Source of the DNA: a virus
Lineage: Duplodnaviria; Caudoviricetes
Reading direction: 5' to 3' (one strand)
Length of the DNA stretch: 64,000 bases
IMG/VR virus record: IMGVR_UViG_3300030376_004189
Coordinates: 13,820-77,819 of that record
This document shows, in pieces, positions 48,456 to 56,158 of the stretch. Each line of letters begins with the position of its first letter. Positions within the stretch are counted from its first letter, which is position 1. The notes under the pieces were generated by a model that was given only the letters and a program-made list of their open reading frames with translations, did no database searches and was not told the origin of the DNA. Both the position numbers and the translations under genes were made by a program.

Positions 48456-48746
48456 ATGGCAACTATTACTTTACAATCTCCTGATGGATCAACTGAAACA
48501 TTTGAATGTGATGAAGATACTACGATTTTAGATGCAGCAGAAGAAGCAGGTGTAGATCATCCATCATCATGTAGAGCAGGTGCATGTTCTTCATGTTGTA
48601 TGAAGATCGTTGAAGGAGAAGTGAACCAAGAAGAGCAGACATTTTTAGATGATGATCAAATGGATGAAGGATTTGTTCTCACTTGTGTTGCTTATCCTAC
48701 TTCAGAAGAGGTTACTCTACTATCAGAACAAGAGGATGAGTTATAA
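48456..48746 (+). CDS. petF: plant-type [2Fe-2S] ferredoxin
   Basis: 96 aa; [11 protein letters not shown]...VLTCVAYP. Confidence 0.95.
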   Translation: MATITLQSPDGSTETFECDEDTTILDAAEEAGVDHPSSCRAGACSSCCMKIVEGEVNQEEQTFLDDDQMDEGFVLTCVAYPTSEEVTLLSEQEDEL

Positions 48747-48780
48747 ATAATCTGTTAGAGTACAATTACCTAGATTTATT

Positions 48781-48933
48781 TTGAAGGATAAGAAAGCAGC
48801 GAAGAAACTTATTAAACTTGCCAAAAAGCATCCAGACTGGTATACTGAAAAAGATGTTTACTATGCTAAACAAGTTAGAAAACAACTTAAACAAGAGAAG
48901 CAAGCACGAAAGGAGGGTGAACTGAATGATTAA
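48781..48933 (+). CDS. small basic hypothetical protein (TTG start; not in track)
   Basis: 50 aa (M)KDKKAAKKLIKLAKKHPDWYTEKDVYYAK...; TATAAATA at ~48743. Confidence 0.5.
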   Translation: MKDKKAAKKLIKLAKKHPDWYTEKDVYYAKQVRKQLKQEKQARKEGELND

Positions 48934-49060
48934 AAAAGAATACACTGAAAAAGAGTATTGGGAAGGTAAAGTTCCTGATGAACTTTTTGGAGAGTATCTT
49001 AAGAAGTATGGTTATGAATATACTCCTACTGATTACAACAAAATCCCATCAAGGTATTAA
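48926..49060 (+). CDS. small hypothetical protein (not in track)
   Basis: 44 aa MIKKEYTEKEYWEGKVPDELF...; GGAGG RBS upstream. Confidence 0.5.
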   Translation: MIKKEYTEKEYWEGKVPDELFGEYLKKYGYEYTPTDYNKIPSRY

Positions 49061-49062
49061 TT

Positions 49063-49263
49063 ATGGCATTATCTGAACAAACACTAGATCATTTACTTGA
49101 AGCAGAAGGTAGTATTAGGTCGGCACTTAAATGTGCTGCGGTGAATGAAAAACCTTTAGTTATAACTCAAATATCTAAATTACTATATGATATTGAGAGT
49201 ATGAAAGAGTTTGAGAAATTGCAAGATATTGTGGATACTGCTATGCAAGAACGTGACGAATGA
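49063..49263 (+). CDS. hypothetical protein
   Basis: 66-aa ORF MALSEQTLDHLLEAEGSIRSAL. Confidence 0.65.
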   Translation: MALSEQTLDHLLEAEGSIRSALKCAAVNEKPLVITQISKLLYDIESMKEFEKLQDIVDTAMQERDE

Positions 49264-49346
49264 TTGCGTAACTCTAAAGACATTATAAAATTTATAGATA
49301 AGTCATATAACTATGTTATAATATCAACACACACCACCATAGAACT

Positions 49347-49568
49347 ATGATTAATCTGGACGAAAGATACCATTCTTACTTAGATGGACGTAAGAAATTG
49401 AGAATAGATGGTGTTGAAGAAAGGGTTAAAGCATACGGTTGGCACTGTGATGGTAATGATATTAAGGGACATTATGTAACAACAGAGAATTTTCAGTTGT
49501 TTTATAACATGGAGGGACTATTCACAAATATGGTGGCACTCAACGAACTGGCACAAACTTCTAGGTGA
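49347..49568 (+). CDS. hypothetical protein
   Basis: 73-aa ORF; extended -10 TGnTATAAT at 49314-49322. Confidence 0.65.
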   Translation: MINLDERYHSYLDGRKKLRIDGVEERVKAYGWHCDGNDIKGHYVTTENFQLFYNMEGLFTNMVALNELAQTSR

Positions 49569-49590
49569 ATGGATACCTTTCTGGTATAAT
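49546..49590 (+). promoter_or_regulatory. early-type promoter with upstream AACTGGCACA box
   Basis: AACTGGCACA at 49546 and TGGTATAAT ending 49590, then AGGAG RBS. Confidence 0.6.
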
Positions 49591-49612
49591 AGGAGTATAG
49601 ACAAAAATTACA

Positions 49613-50038
49613 ATGAAAATAGCACTTGCAGCATTGTTGGCATTAACTCCTGTTTCTGCTCTTGCTGATGATTATCAAGCAGGATTCTCTAATCAGAGAA
49701 CTTGTCATAAGACAGAATATAGAGAAGAATATATTCCAGGAACAGAAGATAATCCTGGATATGTAAAGTCATGGAAGGATACTATTGAAGTTCCTTGTGA
49801 AGATGTTAATCCTGATATTGGTTGGAGAAGACAACCATCACCACCAGAAAGACCATACTATCGTAGACATGTAACTGTTTATGAGGATACTAATGATTGT
49901 AGTGATGGTAAGATTGCTGGTGGATTACTAGGTGGCGGTATTGGTGCTGCTGTATCAAGAGGAGATGGACGCTGGTGGGCAATTCCATTGGGTGCAGTAG
50001 TTGGTAGTCACATTGGTTGCGATCTTGCTGGAGGATAA
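49613..50038 (+). CDS. exported glycine-zipper protein
   Basis: 141 aa; signal peptide MKIALAALLALTPVSALA, C-terminal GGLLGGGIGAAV...LGAVVGSHIG glycine zipper. Confidence 0.75.
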   Translation: MKIALAALLALTPVSALADDYQAGFSNQRTCHKTEYREEYIPGTEDNPGYVKSWKDTIEVPCEDVNPDIGWRRQPSPPERPYYRRHVTVYEDTNDCSDGKIAGGLLGGGIGAAVSRGDGRWWAIPLGAVVGSHIGCDLAGG

Positions 50039-50041
50039 TAC

Positions 50042-50072
50042 AAAAGGGGGACGGTTAAATTGCCATAGTAGT
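50042..50072 (+). repeat. GGGGGAC-N3-TAAATTGCC element, copy 1
   Basis: AAAAGGGGGACGGTTAAATTGCCATAGTAGT, 3 nt after a stop codon. Confidence 0.85.
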
Positions 50073-50190
50073 GTGAGAGATAAGTGGTTCTACTGCCCCG
50101 ATTAAGTTTGGGGGTTCAGGTGTAAGCGATTCCCAGTAGGTAAATTTGGGCATATAGGTGAAACCTATGTTGATGCCCCACTCCCTCACA
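50072..50190 (+). ncRNA. candidate structured non-coding RNA (multibranch)
   Basis: Helices TGTGAG/CTCACA, AGTG/CACT, CTACTG/CAGTAG, CCCCGA/TTGGGG, GGGCAT/ATGCCC, ATAGGT/ACCTAT in a locally GC-richer intergenic stretch. Confidence 0.6.
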
Positions 50191-50284
50191 ATAAACCAAT
50201 GGAAGGGATACTACAGGGTAACGTCCAACAGACTTCGCACGTGCTGTGACCCACCTTCCACTTTTCTTTTTATGGTGAATTATT

Positions 50285-50437
50285 ATGATGGTGCATCTCA
50301 CCAAAAACGAGATAAAACATATAGTTTATCTCCTCGGTCATGGTGATGGTGAACAACCAGAACTTAATACTTCATGCTTAAATAAATTAAAACCTCTACT
50401 TGAGGTATGCACATGTAAGGAGGATTCCAATGATTGA
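50285..50437 (+). CDS. small hypothetical protein (not in track)
   Basis: 50 aa MMVHLTKNEIKHIVYLLGHGDGEQ... Confidence 0.4.
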   Translation: MMVHLTKNEIKHIVYLLGHGDGEQPELNTSCLNKLKPLLEVCTCKEDSND

Positions 50438-50552
50438 AAAACACTTCATCAACAAAACAGATGAAATGCTAGAAAAGTTTATTGAAGAGTGTGAGCAAGA
50501 AGCAGCAAAATTGGAAGTTACGGTTGACTATTATATTGCAGAATTTCTTTAA
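50430..50552 (+). CDS. small acidic hypothetical protein (not in track)
   Basis: 40 aa MIEKHFINKTDEMLEKFIEECEQEAAKLEVTVDYYIAEFL; AGGAGG RBS. Confidence 0.6.
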   Translation: MIEKHFINKTDEMLEKFIEECEQEAAKLEVTVDYYIAEFL

Positions 50553-50559
50553 CTTATTG

Positions 50560-50588
50560 TTGACTTTTTATGCCCTATCAGTTATACT
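50560..50588 (+). promoter_or_regulatory. sigma70-type promoter
   Basis: TTGACT-N17-TATACT. Confidence 0.7.
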
Positions 50589-50630
50589 GGTAGGGTATTT
50601 TCATACATAGATTGTTACTACTAAATTAAA

Positions 50631-50852
50631 ATGACTGAAGAAAAGCGTTATAAGATCCTAGAGTTAGTAACTACTGGGTATCATTTAATTTCTAATCGTG
50701 CATATAATCTCACTAAAGAAGAATGTGATGTTATGCTTAATGAGTTTGTAGAAAATGGTCAGAGTCCTAATGCTATTAAGGCAGTATTAGTTGATGATCC
50801 TAGATATAAGGATGAGATACCTTCTGAAACTGGTTACATTCCAATAGATTAA
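50631..50852 (+). CDS. hypothetical protein
   Basis: 73-aa ORF. Confidence 0.6.
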   Translation: MTEEKRYKILELVTTGYHLISNRAYNLTKEECDVMLNEFVENGQSPNAIKAVLVDDPRYKDEIPSETGYIPID

Positions 50853-50863
50853 ATAAACATCCT

Positions 50864-51259
50864 ATGTATGAACCCAATGTTGACGATTATGTGGTCTGGG
50901 AAAGACCAAATGGCGATATAGAAGAAGGTTGGGTATATTTTAAGGGTGATCCAATAGATAACGAAAAACGTATTAAGGATGGATGGAAAGTTTTATCTAG
51001 GTATATTACTATAGAAACTGGTATTAGGGATAAACCCGACTGCATATATTCTAGTGGTAAACCAATGCGACATAAAAAGATTCATACATTATTATTATGT
51101 AATGAAGAATGTTGGCATCAATTAAGGTATGTTAAACATAGAAGAACCAGAGAGATACAACATTATTCACAGTATGATGATGTTAATCAAGATGAGAAGA
51201 TAGCAGATAAAACTATTGGAATGTACAAATCACAAGATGGCAGAATACCAGATTATTAA
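50864..51259 (+). CDS. hypothetical protein
   Basis: 131-aa ORF MYEPNVDDYVVW...GWVYFKG. Confidence 0.65.
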   Translation: MYEPNVDDYVVWERPNGDIEEGWVYFKGDPIDNEKRIKDGWKVLSRYITIETGIRDKPDCIYSSGKPMRHKKIHTLLLCNEECWHQLRYVKHRRTREIQHYSQYDDVNQDEKIADKTIGMYKSQDGRIPDY

Positions 51260-51798
51260 TGCAACAATATTATTATTCCTTTCCAGATGAATGTCCCTTT
51301 AGACTATTAATTATGACAGATTCAGAATTTAAACCCCTTATTGTAGAGGGTGAAGAAGTTGGTGAATACAATGACACCATATTTTCTTTTGATAAGTATC
51401 AAATGGCAACTGTAGAGTTGTGGACTTCTCCCAGAGAATTTGATGCATACCAATATGATTGGGATGCTTTTAAGGAATTCTACAAACCAGACAATGATGA
51501 TGAACAGTATGCAGAGTGTGAAGATGAAGATTTCACACCAGGAATGAATGGTATTGATACTATTGATATTGAGAAATGGTTATTAGCATTTTGTGAGGAT
51601 AAGGAGTGGATCAAGGATGAGTTTTATTTTATTGCACATTGGAGAAGATATGCAGTTTATAAGAAAGAAGTTTATGGTGATGATGGTGAATTTGAGTGGT
51701 GTTTAGAGGATATGGGTGCATCATCTCCTGACAGATATTACTATAAGGATGGTAAGATAGAAGAAGGATGGTCAACACCTATGGAGGATGATGAATAA
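51259..51798 (+). CDS. highly acidic hypothetical protein
   Basis: 179 aa, about 27% D+E by hand count, aromatic-rich. Confidence 0.65.
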   Translation: MQQYYYSFPDECPFRLLIMTDSEFKPLIVEGEEVGEYNDTIFSFDKYQMATVELWTSPREFDAYQYDWDAFKEFYKPDNDDEQYAECEDEDFTPGMNGIDTIDIEKWLLAFCEDKEWIKDEFYFIAHWRRYAVYKKEVYGDDGEFEWCLEDMGASSPDRYYYKDGKIEEGWSTPMEDDE

Positions 51799-51833
51799 AA
51801 GGGGGGACACCTAAATTGCCTTTATTGTATAAT
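51797..51833 (+). repeat. GGGGGAC-N3-TAAATTGCC element, copy 2
   Basis: AAAAGGGGGGACACCTAAATTGCCTTTATTGTATAAT, overlapping the upstream stop. Confidence 0.85.
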
Positions 51834-51846
51834 TACTTAATTAAAA

Positions 51847-52065
51847 ATGAGACCAGCACAAATTCTTAAAGAAATCAATGAGTTGCGTGAATCATGGAGA
51901 CGTAACAATTTTGTATTTACATCAGAGCAAAGAGCAGAGTTTGATCGATTAAAGGATCTTCGTAGAAAAAGAGTTAAGTATTTCCATGATAATGGATTGG
52001 TATGGAAAGCAGGAATGGTTAAAACAACACCTGTTAAAGCTAAAGATAGTGAAGAAGATTCCTAA
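51847..52065 (+). CDS. hypothetical protein
   Basis: 72-aa basic ORF. Confidence 0.65.
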   Translation: MRPAQILKEINELRESWRRNNFVFTSEQRAEFDRLKDLRRKRVKYFHDNGLVWKAGMVKTTPVKAKDSEEDS

Positions 52066-52086
52066 ATAACTAAAAACTATATCCAG

Positions 52087-52623
52087 ATGAAGTCTTTTAA
52101 GCAGTTTGTTACTGAAGCAACCTATGATCCTGATATTCAGGGTAGGTCACAGATCAGCAAATCCCATGAAGGTGGGAGAATTGATCGTAAAAGAAAGCAA
52201 ACTGATGCTGAAAAGAAAAGGGTGAAAGCAATCGGTGGAGGTAAAACTGCACCTGCTAAAACTTATAAAGATAAATCTGATATTGGTGTTCCTAATCGTA
52301 AAAGATCACCTGCTGGTAGGCAACAGCAACCTACTCAAGATAAGGGTGTTAAGTTATCAGCAAGAGAGCAACAACGTAAGGCAGCAAAAGAAAGAAGAGT
52401 AGCAAAATCTGGGGTTAAAACTAAAACAGCAGATGAATTACTAGCAAAGAAAGCAAAGAAAACTATTGATCCTAATTATAAACCAGTGAAAGCAAGTGGA
52501 TTAACCACTAAAGAACGTAAGTCATTATATAAGAAGGGTGAAAGAGCATTGCGTGATATACGTCTAAAGAATCTAGGTAAGAAGTCAGAGAAGGAATTAA
52601 AGCACAAAGTAACATCTAAATGA
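52087..52623 (+). CDS. very basic protein, candidate capsid-internal protein
   Basis: 178 aa, about 30% K+R; N-terminus MKSFKQFVTE-A; late promoter CTAAATA 52062-52068. Confidence 0.55.
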   Translation: MKSFKQFVTEATYDPDIQGRSQISKSHEGGRIDRKRKQTDAEKKRVKAIGGGKTAPAKTYKDKSDIGVPNRKRSPAGRQQQPTQDKGVKLSAREQQRKAAKERRVAKSGVKTKTADELLAKKAKKTIDPNYKPVKASGLTTKERKSLYKKGERALRDIRLKNLGKKSEKELKHKVTSK

Positions 52624-52637
52624 TCTAAACCTTTATT

Positions 52638-53570
52638 ATGAGAGATTTGATTTTGTTTGGAGATTGTCTCCAAACATTGAAAGAATTTGATGAACCTGCG
52701 AGGATGTGTGTTACATCTCCTCCTTATTATGGTTTAAGAGATTATGGAGGGGAGGATTGTCAGATAGGACAAGAAGAATCTCCAGAAGAGTATATTCAAA
52801 AATTAGTATTAGTATTCCGAGAGGTGCGTAATAATCTAACAGATGATGGAACATTGTGGTTGAATATGGGAGACAGTTATTATAACTATAGACCTGGAAA
52901 AGGTCAAGCATTAGTTAAACAAACTGTTTCTAACAGTAAGCAAGATTTACCAGACAAATGTGCAAGACGAGGTAATAAATTAGATGGGTTAAAAGAAAAA
53001 GATTTAATTGGCATCCCTTGGATGTTAGCATTTGCATTAAGAGCAGATGGATGGTATTTAAGACAGGATATTATATGGCATAAACCTAATCCAATGCCTG
53101 AAAGTGTGAAGGATAGATGTACTAAATCACATGAATATATGTTCCTATTAAGTAAGAACAAGAAATACTATTATAATAATGATGCTATTAAGGAACCAGC
53201 AAAAGATTGGGGAACTAGAGATAGAACTAATGGCAAATATCATAATAAAGGAACAGGATTACAACCTCATTCTGGTCTTACTAAATCATATCCAACAAAG
53301 AATAAACGTAGTGTCTGGAGTATAACAAATAAACCATATAAGGGGGCACATTTCGCAGTATTTCCACCTGATTTAATTAAACCTTGCATACTTGCTGGTA
53401 GTGAAAAGAATGATATTATACTTGATCCTTTTATTGGATCAGGCACAACTGCAATGGTAGCAAAGGATTTGGGTAGGGATTATATTGGATGTGAGTTGCA
53501 TGAGGATTATGGTAAACTAATACAAAATAGAATAAGTGATGCAAGAGGAACACTTGAACATTTTATATAA
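52638..53570 (+). CDS. DNA N4-cytosine/N6-adenine methyltransferase (beta class)
   Basis: 310 aa; motif IV TSPPYY near the N-terminus, motif I ILDPFIGSGTT near the C-terminus. Confidence 0.9.
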   Translation: MRDLILFGDCLQTLKEFDEPARMCVTSPPYYGLRDYGGEDCQIGQEESPEEYIQKLVLVFREVRNNLTDDGTLWLNMGDSYYNYRPGKGQALVKQTVSNSKQDLPDKCARRGNKLDGLKEKDLIGIPWMLAFALRADGWYLRQDIIWHKPNPMPESVKDRCTKSHEYMFLLSKNKKYYYNNDAIKEPAKDWGTRDRTNGKYHNKGTGLQPHSGLTKSYPTKNKRSVWSITNKPYKGAHFAVFPPDLIKPCILAGSEKNDIILDPFIGSGTTAMVAKDLGRDYIGCELHEDYGKLIQNRISDARGTLEHFI

Positions 53571-53603
53571 GGGGGGACGGTTAAATTGCCATTATGGTAT
53601 AAT
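53569..53603 (+). repeat. GGGGGAC-N3-TAAATTGCC element, copy 3
   Basis: AAGGGGGGACGGTTAAATTGCCATTATGGTATAAT, overlapping the MTase stop. Confidence 0.85.
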
Positions 53604-53613
53604 GAGGTAAATC

Positions 53614-54225
53614 ATGGCAGAAGTTCAGTCTCATGGGAATGATTTTGAGGATCTCATAATCACAGAACTCACTGGGAAGACTAAAAAAGAATATGATTCA
53701 CTTAAAGGTAAGGATGGATACACTTCTGCTATGGATATAGTAAAGGGATTATATTATTATAAAGATGTTAGTATTAAAACTACTAATGGTAATAAAGTAG
53801 ATTGTGGTGATATATTGAGAAGAATGAGTGAGAAGGAGTATGAGGTTATTGTTGGTCAGTATAGACAGAATGGTGGATATAAAGTAATACATACTCAATA
53901 TACTTTTAAGATTACACCAGAAGATTATAATAAACTCTGGGGTAATATGAAGTATGAATTAGTAGAAGAATATGATACATTTATTAAATCAATTCCAGCA
54001 GGTAGAGAAGCACAACAATCAACTAAAGAAGAAAGAACAATAAGAAAGAATAATATTGCATGTAAAGATGCACTTATGGTTATACATCCAAAGGTAGATA
54101 GTAAGAAACAGAGAAGAGTTCAATGTTCATTTAAGATTGACGAAATGGTTGCTGCTGGTGTAGAATATACAAAGAAAGATGTTAATATAACAATCAAATC
54201 ATCAGCAAGAAAGTTTAACAAATGA
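53614..54225 (+). CDS. putative PD-(D/E)xK-type endonuclease
   Basis: 203 aa; HGNDFED...MDI...DVSIKTT...GD pattern; ATGA-coupled to a methyltransferase. Confidence 0.45.
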   Translation: MAEVQSHGNDFEDLIITELTGKTKKEYDSLKGKDGYTSAMDIVKGLYYYKDVSIKTTNGNKVDCGDILRRMSEKEYEVIVGQYRQNGGYKVIHTQYTFKITPEDYNKLWGNMKYELVEEYDTFIKSIPAGREAQQSTKEERTIRKNNIACKDALMVIHPKVDSKKQRRVQCSFKIDEMVAAGVEYTKKDVNITIKSSARKFNK

Positions 54226-54722
54226 GAGCATTTTGTCCACCAAAGAATAGTCCAGATAAAGATATTGTAATGACTCCTGAGTATGTTGCTCAAGATATTA
54301 TAAACCATTTTAATCCTACTGGTAGAATATTAGATCCTTCCAGAGGTGAAGGTGCATTTTATGATAATTATCCTACAGATAATAAAGATTGGTGTGAGTT
54401 AGGTGAAAATAAAGACTTTCTAACATATAGTGATAAAGTTGATTGGATAATTACTAATCCACCTTGGTCGTTAATGCAAAAGTTTCTTGAACATGGAATG
54501 AAGATTGCAGATAATATAGTATACTTAACCACTATCAATCATTACACTACAAAGAAAAGAATTAGAGATATGAGAGAGAATAACTTTGCAATTAAGGAGA
54601 TATATTGTATAAAAACACCACCAAACCCTTGGCCTCAACTAGGGTTTCAACTTGCTGCTGTTCATACTAAACGTGATTATGATGGAGGAATAATAATGTC
54701 TTATTCTCCTATGTTAAAATAA
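54222..54722 (+). CDS. small DNA N6-adenine methyltransferase
   Basis: 166 aa; VMTP, motif I ILDPSRGEGAF, motif IV ITNPPW. Confidence 0.8.
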   Translation: MRAFCPPKNSPDKDIVMTPEYVAQDIINHFNPTGRILDPSRGEGAFYDNYPTDNKDWCELGENKDFLTYSDKVDWIITNPPWSLMQKFLEHGMKIADNIVYLTTINHYTTKKRIRDMRENNFAIKEIYCIKTPPNPWPQLGFQLAAVHTKRDYDGGIIMSYSPMLK

Positions 54723-54726
54723 TATC

Positions 54727-54757
54727 AAAGGGGGACGGGTAAATTGCCTGTATGGTG
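54727..54757 (+). repeat. GGGGGAC-N3-TAAATTGCC element, copy 4
   Basis: AAAGGGGGACGGGTAAATTGCCTGTATGGTG, 4 nt after a stop. Confidence 0.85.
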
Positions 54758-54810
54758 ACGCTATATGCGTCTGTGGCGTGTATGTTTTATTATTATGGAT
54801 ACAACTTAAA

Positions 54811-55968
54811 ATGATACAGTTACGAGAGCATCAGTTACGAATAGTGGATAAAATGAATCGTTATCAGAAGGGTTGTGTTTACGTCCCGACTGGTGGTGGT
54901 AAAACTATTTGTATGATTAGTGATGCTATTTCACAATTTAGCAGACCTAATAAGACTATAGTTGTTGTATCTCCTAGAATACTATTAACACAACAATTAT
55001 CAAGAGATTTCCTTGAATTGATACAATCAGTTCAAGTATTGCATGTTCATAGTGGAGAAACTCCTCATACTTCAACAACAAATAAGAGAGAGATCTTCAA
55101 TTGGACTGTAAACAATTGGAACGAAAATAAGATTATATTTACAACATATCATTCACTACATAGAATACAAGAATCTGGTATTCCTGTAGATACAATATAC
55201 TTTGACGAGGCACATAATAGTGTTCAGCAACATTTCCACCCTGCTACTAGATTTTTTGCAACTACAAATAATCGTAGGTGCTTCTTCTTTACTGCTACTC
55301 CTCGTATTAGCAATTCTGATGAAGAAGTAGGGATGAATAATGAGTATGTTTATGGTAAAGTATTAGAGCAAGTTCCTGCACCTGAATTAGTAAATAAGGG
55401 TTATATCTTACCACCTAAAGTTGTAGTTAAGCAACTAGAGATGATAAGAGATAGGAAGGCAAATTGTGATGATGATGCTGATAACATAATAAAGACAATT
55501 GATGAACAAAATGTTAACAAGATTCTAATCTGTGCTCGTAGAACATCACAGATTACAAATATGGTTAGTGATAGTAAATTAACAACTGAATTATATGCTC
55601 GTGGATATAATTGGATGTATATTACTGCAAAGACTGGTGCTGTAATCAATGGTATTAAAGTTAAACGTGATGAATTCTTTTCTACATTATCACAATGGGG
55701 TAAAGAATCTGATCGTAAGTTTATAGTTATGCACCATAGTATTCTATCAGAAGGTGTTAACGTATCAGGATTAGAAGCAGCATTGTTATTAAGAAACATG
55801 GATTTTATCACTATTAGTCAAACAATAGGTAGGGTAATCCGCAAAGGAGGTGAAAACAAACAGTTTGGTATAGTTTGTGTGCCTGTGTATGATAAAGTTG
55901 GTATTTCAACATCAAAGAGTGTGAACGCAGTTGTTGATACTATCTTTAATAGAGGTGAATGTAAGTAA
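54811..55968 (+). CDS. superfamily 2 (DEAH, ResIII-like) helicase/ATPase
   Basis: PTGGGKT, YFDEAH, TATP, ILSEGVNV, QTIGRVIR; start MIQLREHQ at 54811 preferred over 54778. Confidence 0.85.
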   Translation: MIQLREHQLRIVDKMNRYQKGCVYVPTGGGKTICMISDAISQFSRPNKTIVVVSPRILLTQQLSRDFLELIQSVQVLHVHSGETPHTSTTNKREIFNWTVNNWNENKIIFTTYHSLHRIQESGIPVDTIYFDEAHNSVQQHFHPATRFFATTNNRRCFFFTATPRISNSDEEVGMNNEYVYGKVLEQVPAPELVNKGYILPPKVVVKQLEMIRDRKANCDDDADNIIKTIDEQNVNKILICARRTSQITNMVSDSKLTTELYARGYNWMYITAKTGAVINGIKVKRDEFFSTLSQWGKESDRKFIVMHHSILSEGVNVSGLEAALLLRNMDFITISQTIGRVIRKGGENKQFGIVCVPVYDKVGISTSKSVNAVVDTIFNRGECK

Positions 55969-55997
55969 GGGGGGACGCATAAATTGCCACAATAGTG
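55967..55997 (+). repeat. GGGGGAC-N3-TAAATTGCC element, copy 5
   Basis: AAGGGGGGACGCATAAATTGCCACAATAGTG, overlapping the helicase stop. Confidence 0.85.
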
Positions 55998-56146
55998 AGA
56001 GACAGTTACAGGATTCAACTAGACTGACAAAGGCATCTAATGGGTGGGACATGCTTTCCTACAACAATCATTAAATGTAAGTCCTTATAGAAGCAGTCAC
56101 ATGACCGTTGAATTAAAAATACTTATCCTGTAATGTTTCTCCCACT
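55994..56146 (+). ncRNA. candidate structured non-coding RNA / long 5' leader
   Basis: Nested helices AGTG/CACT, GAGAGACA/TGTTTCTC, TTACAGGAT/ATCCTGTAA, TCAAC/GTTGA, GACTG/CAGTC. Confidence 0.6.
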
Positions 56147-56158
56147 AATTTACATTTA

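Noticed and set aside
50158-50346. 62-aa ORF from the track
   Set aside because: It overlaps two strongly paired RNA structures and has no RBS; a better ORF starts at 50285 in another frame.
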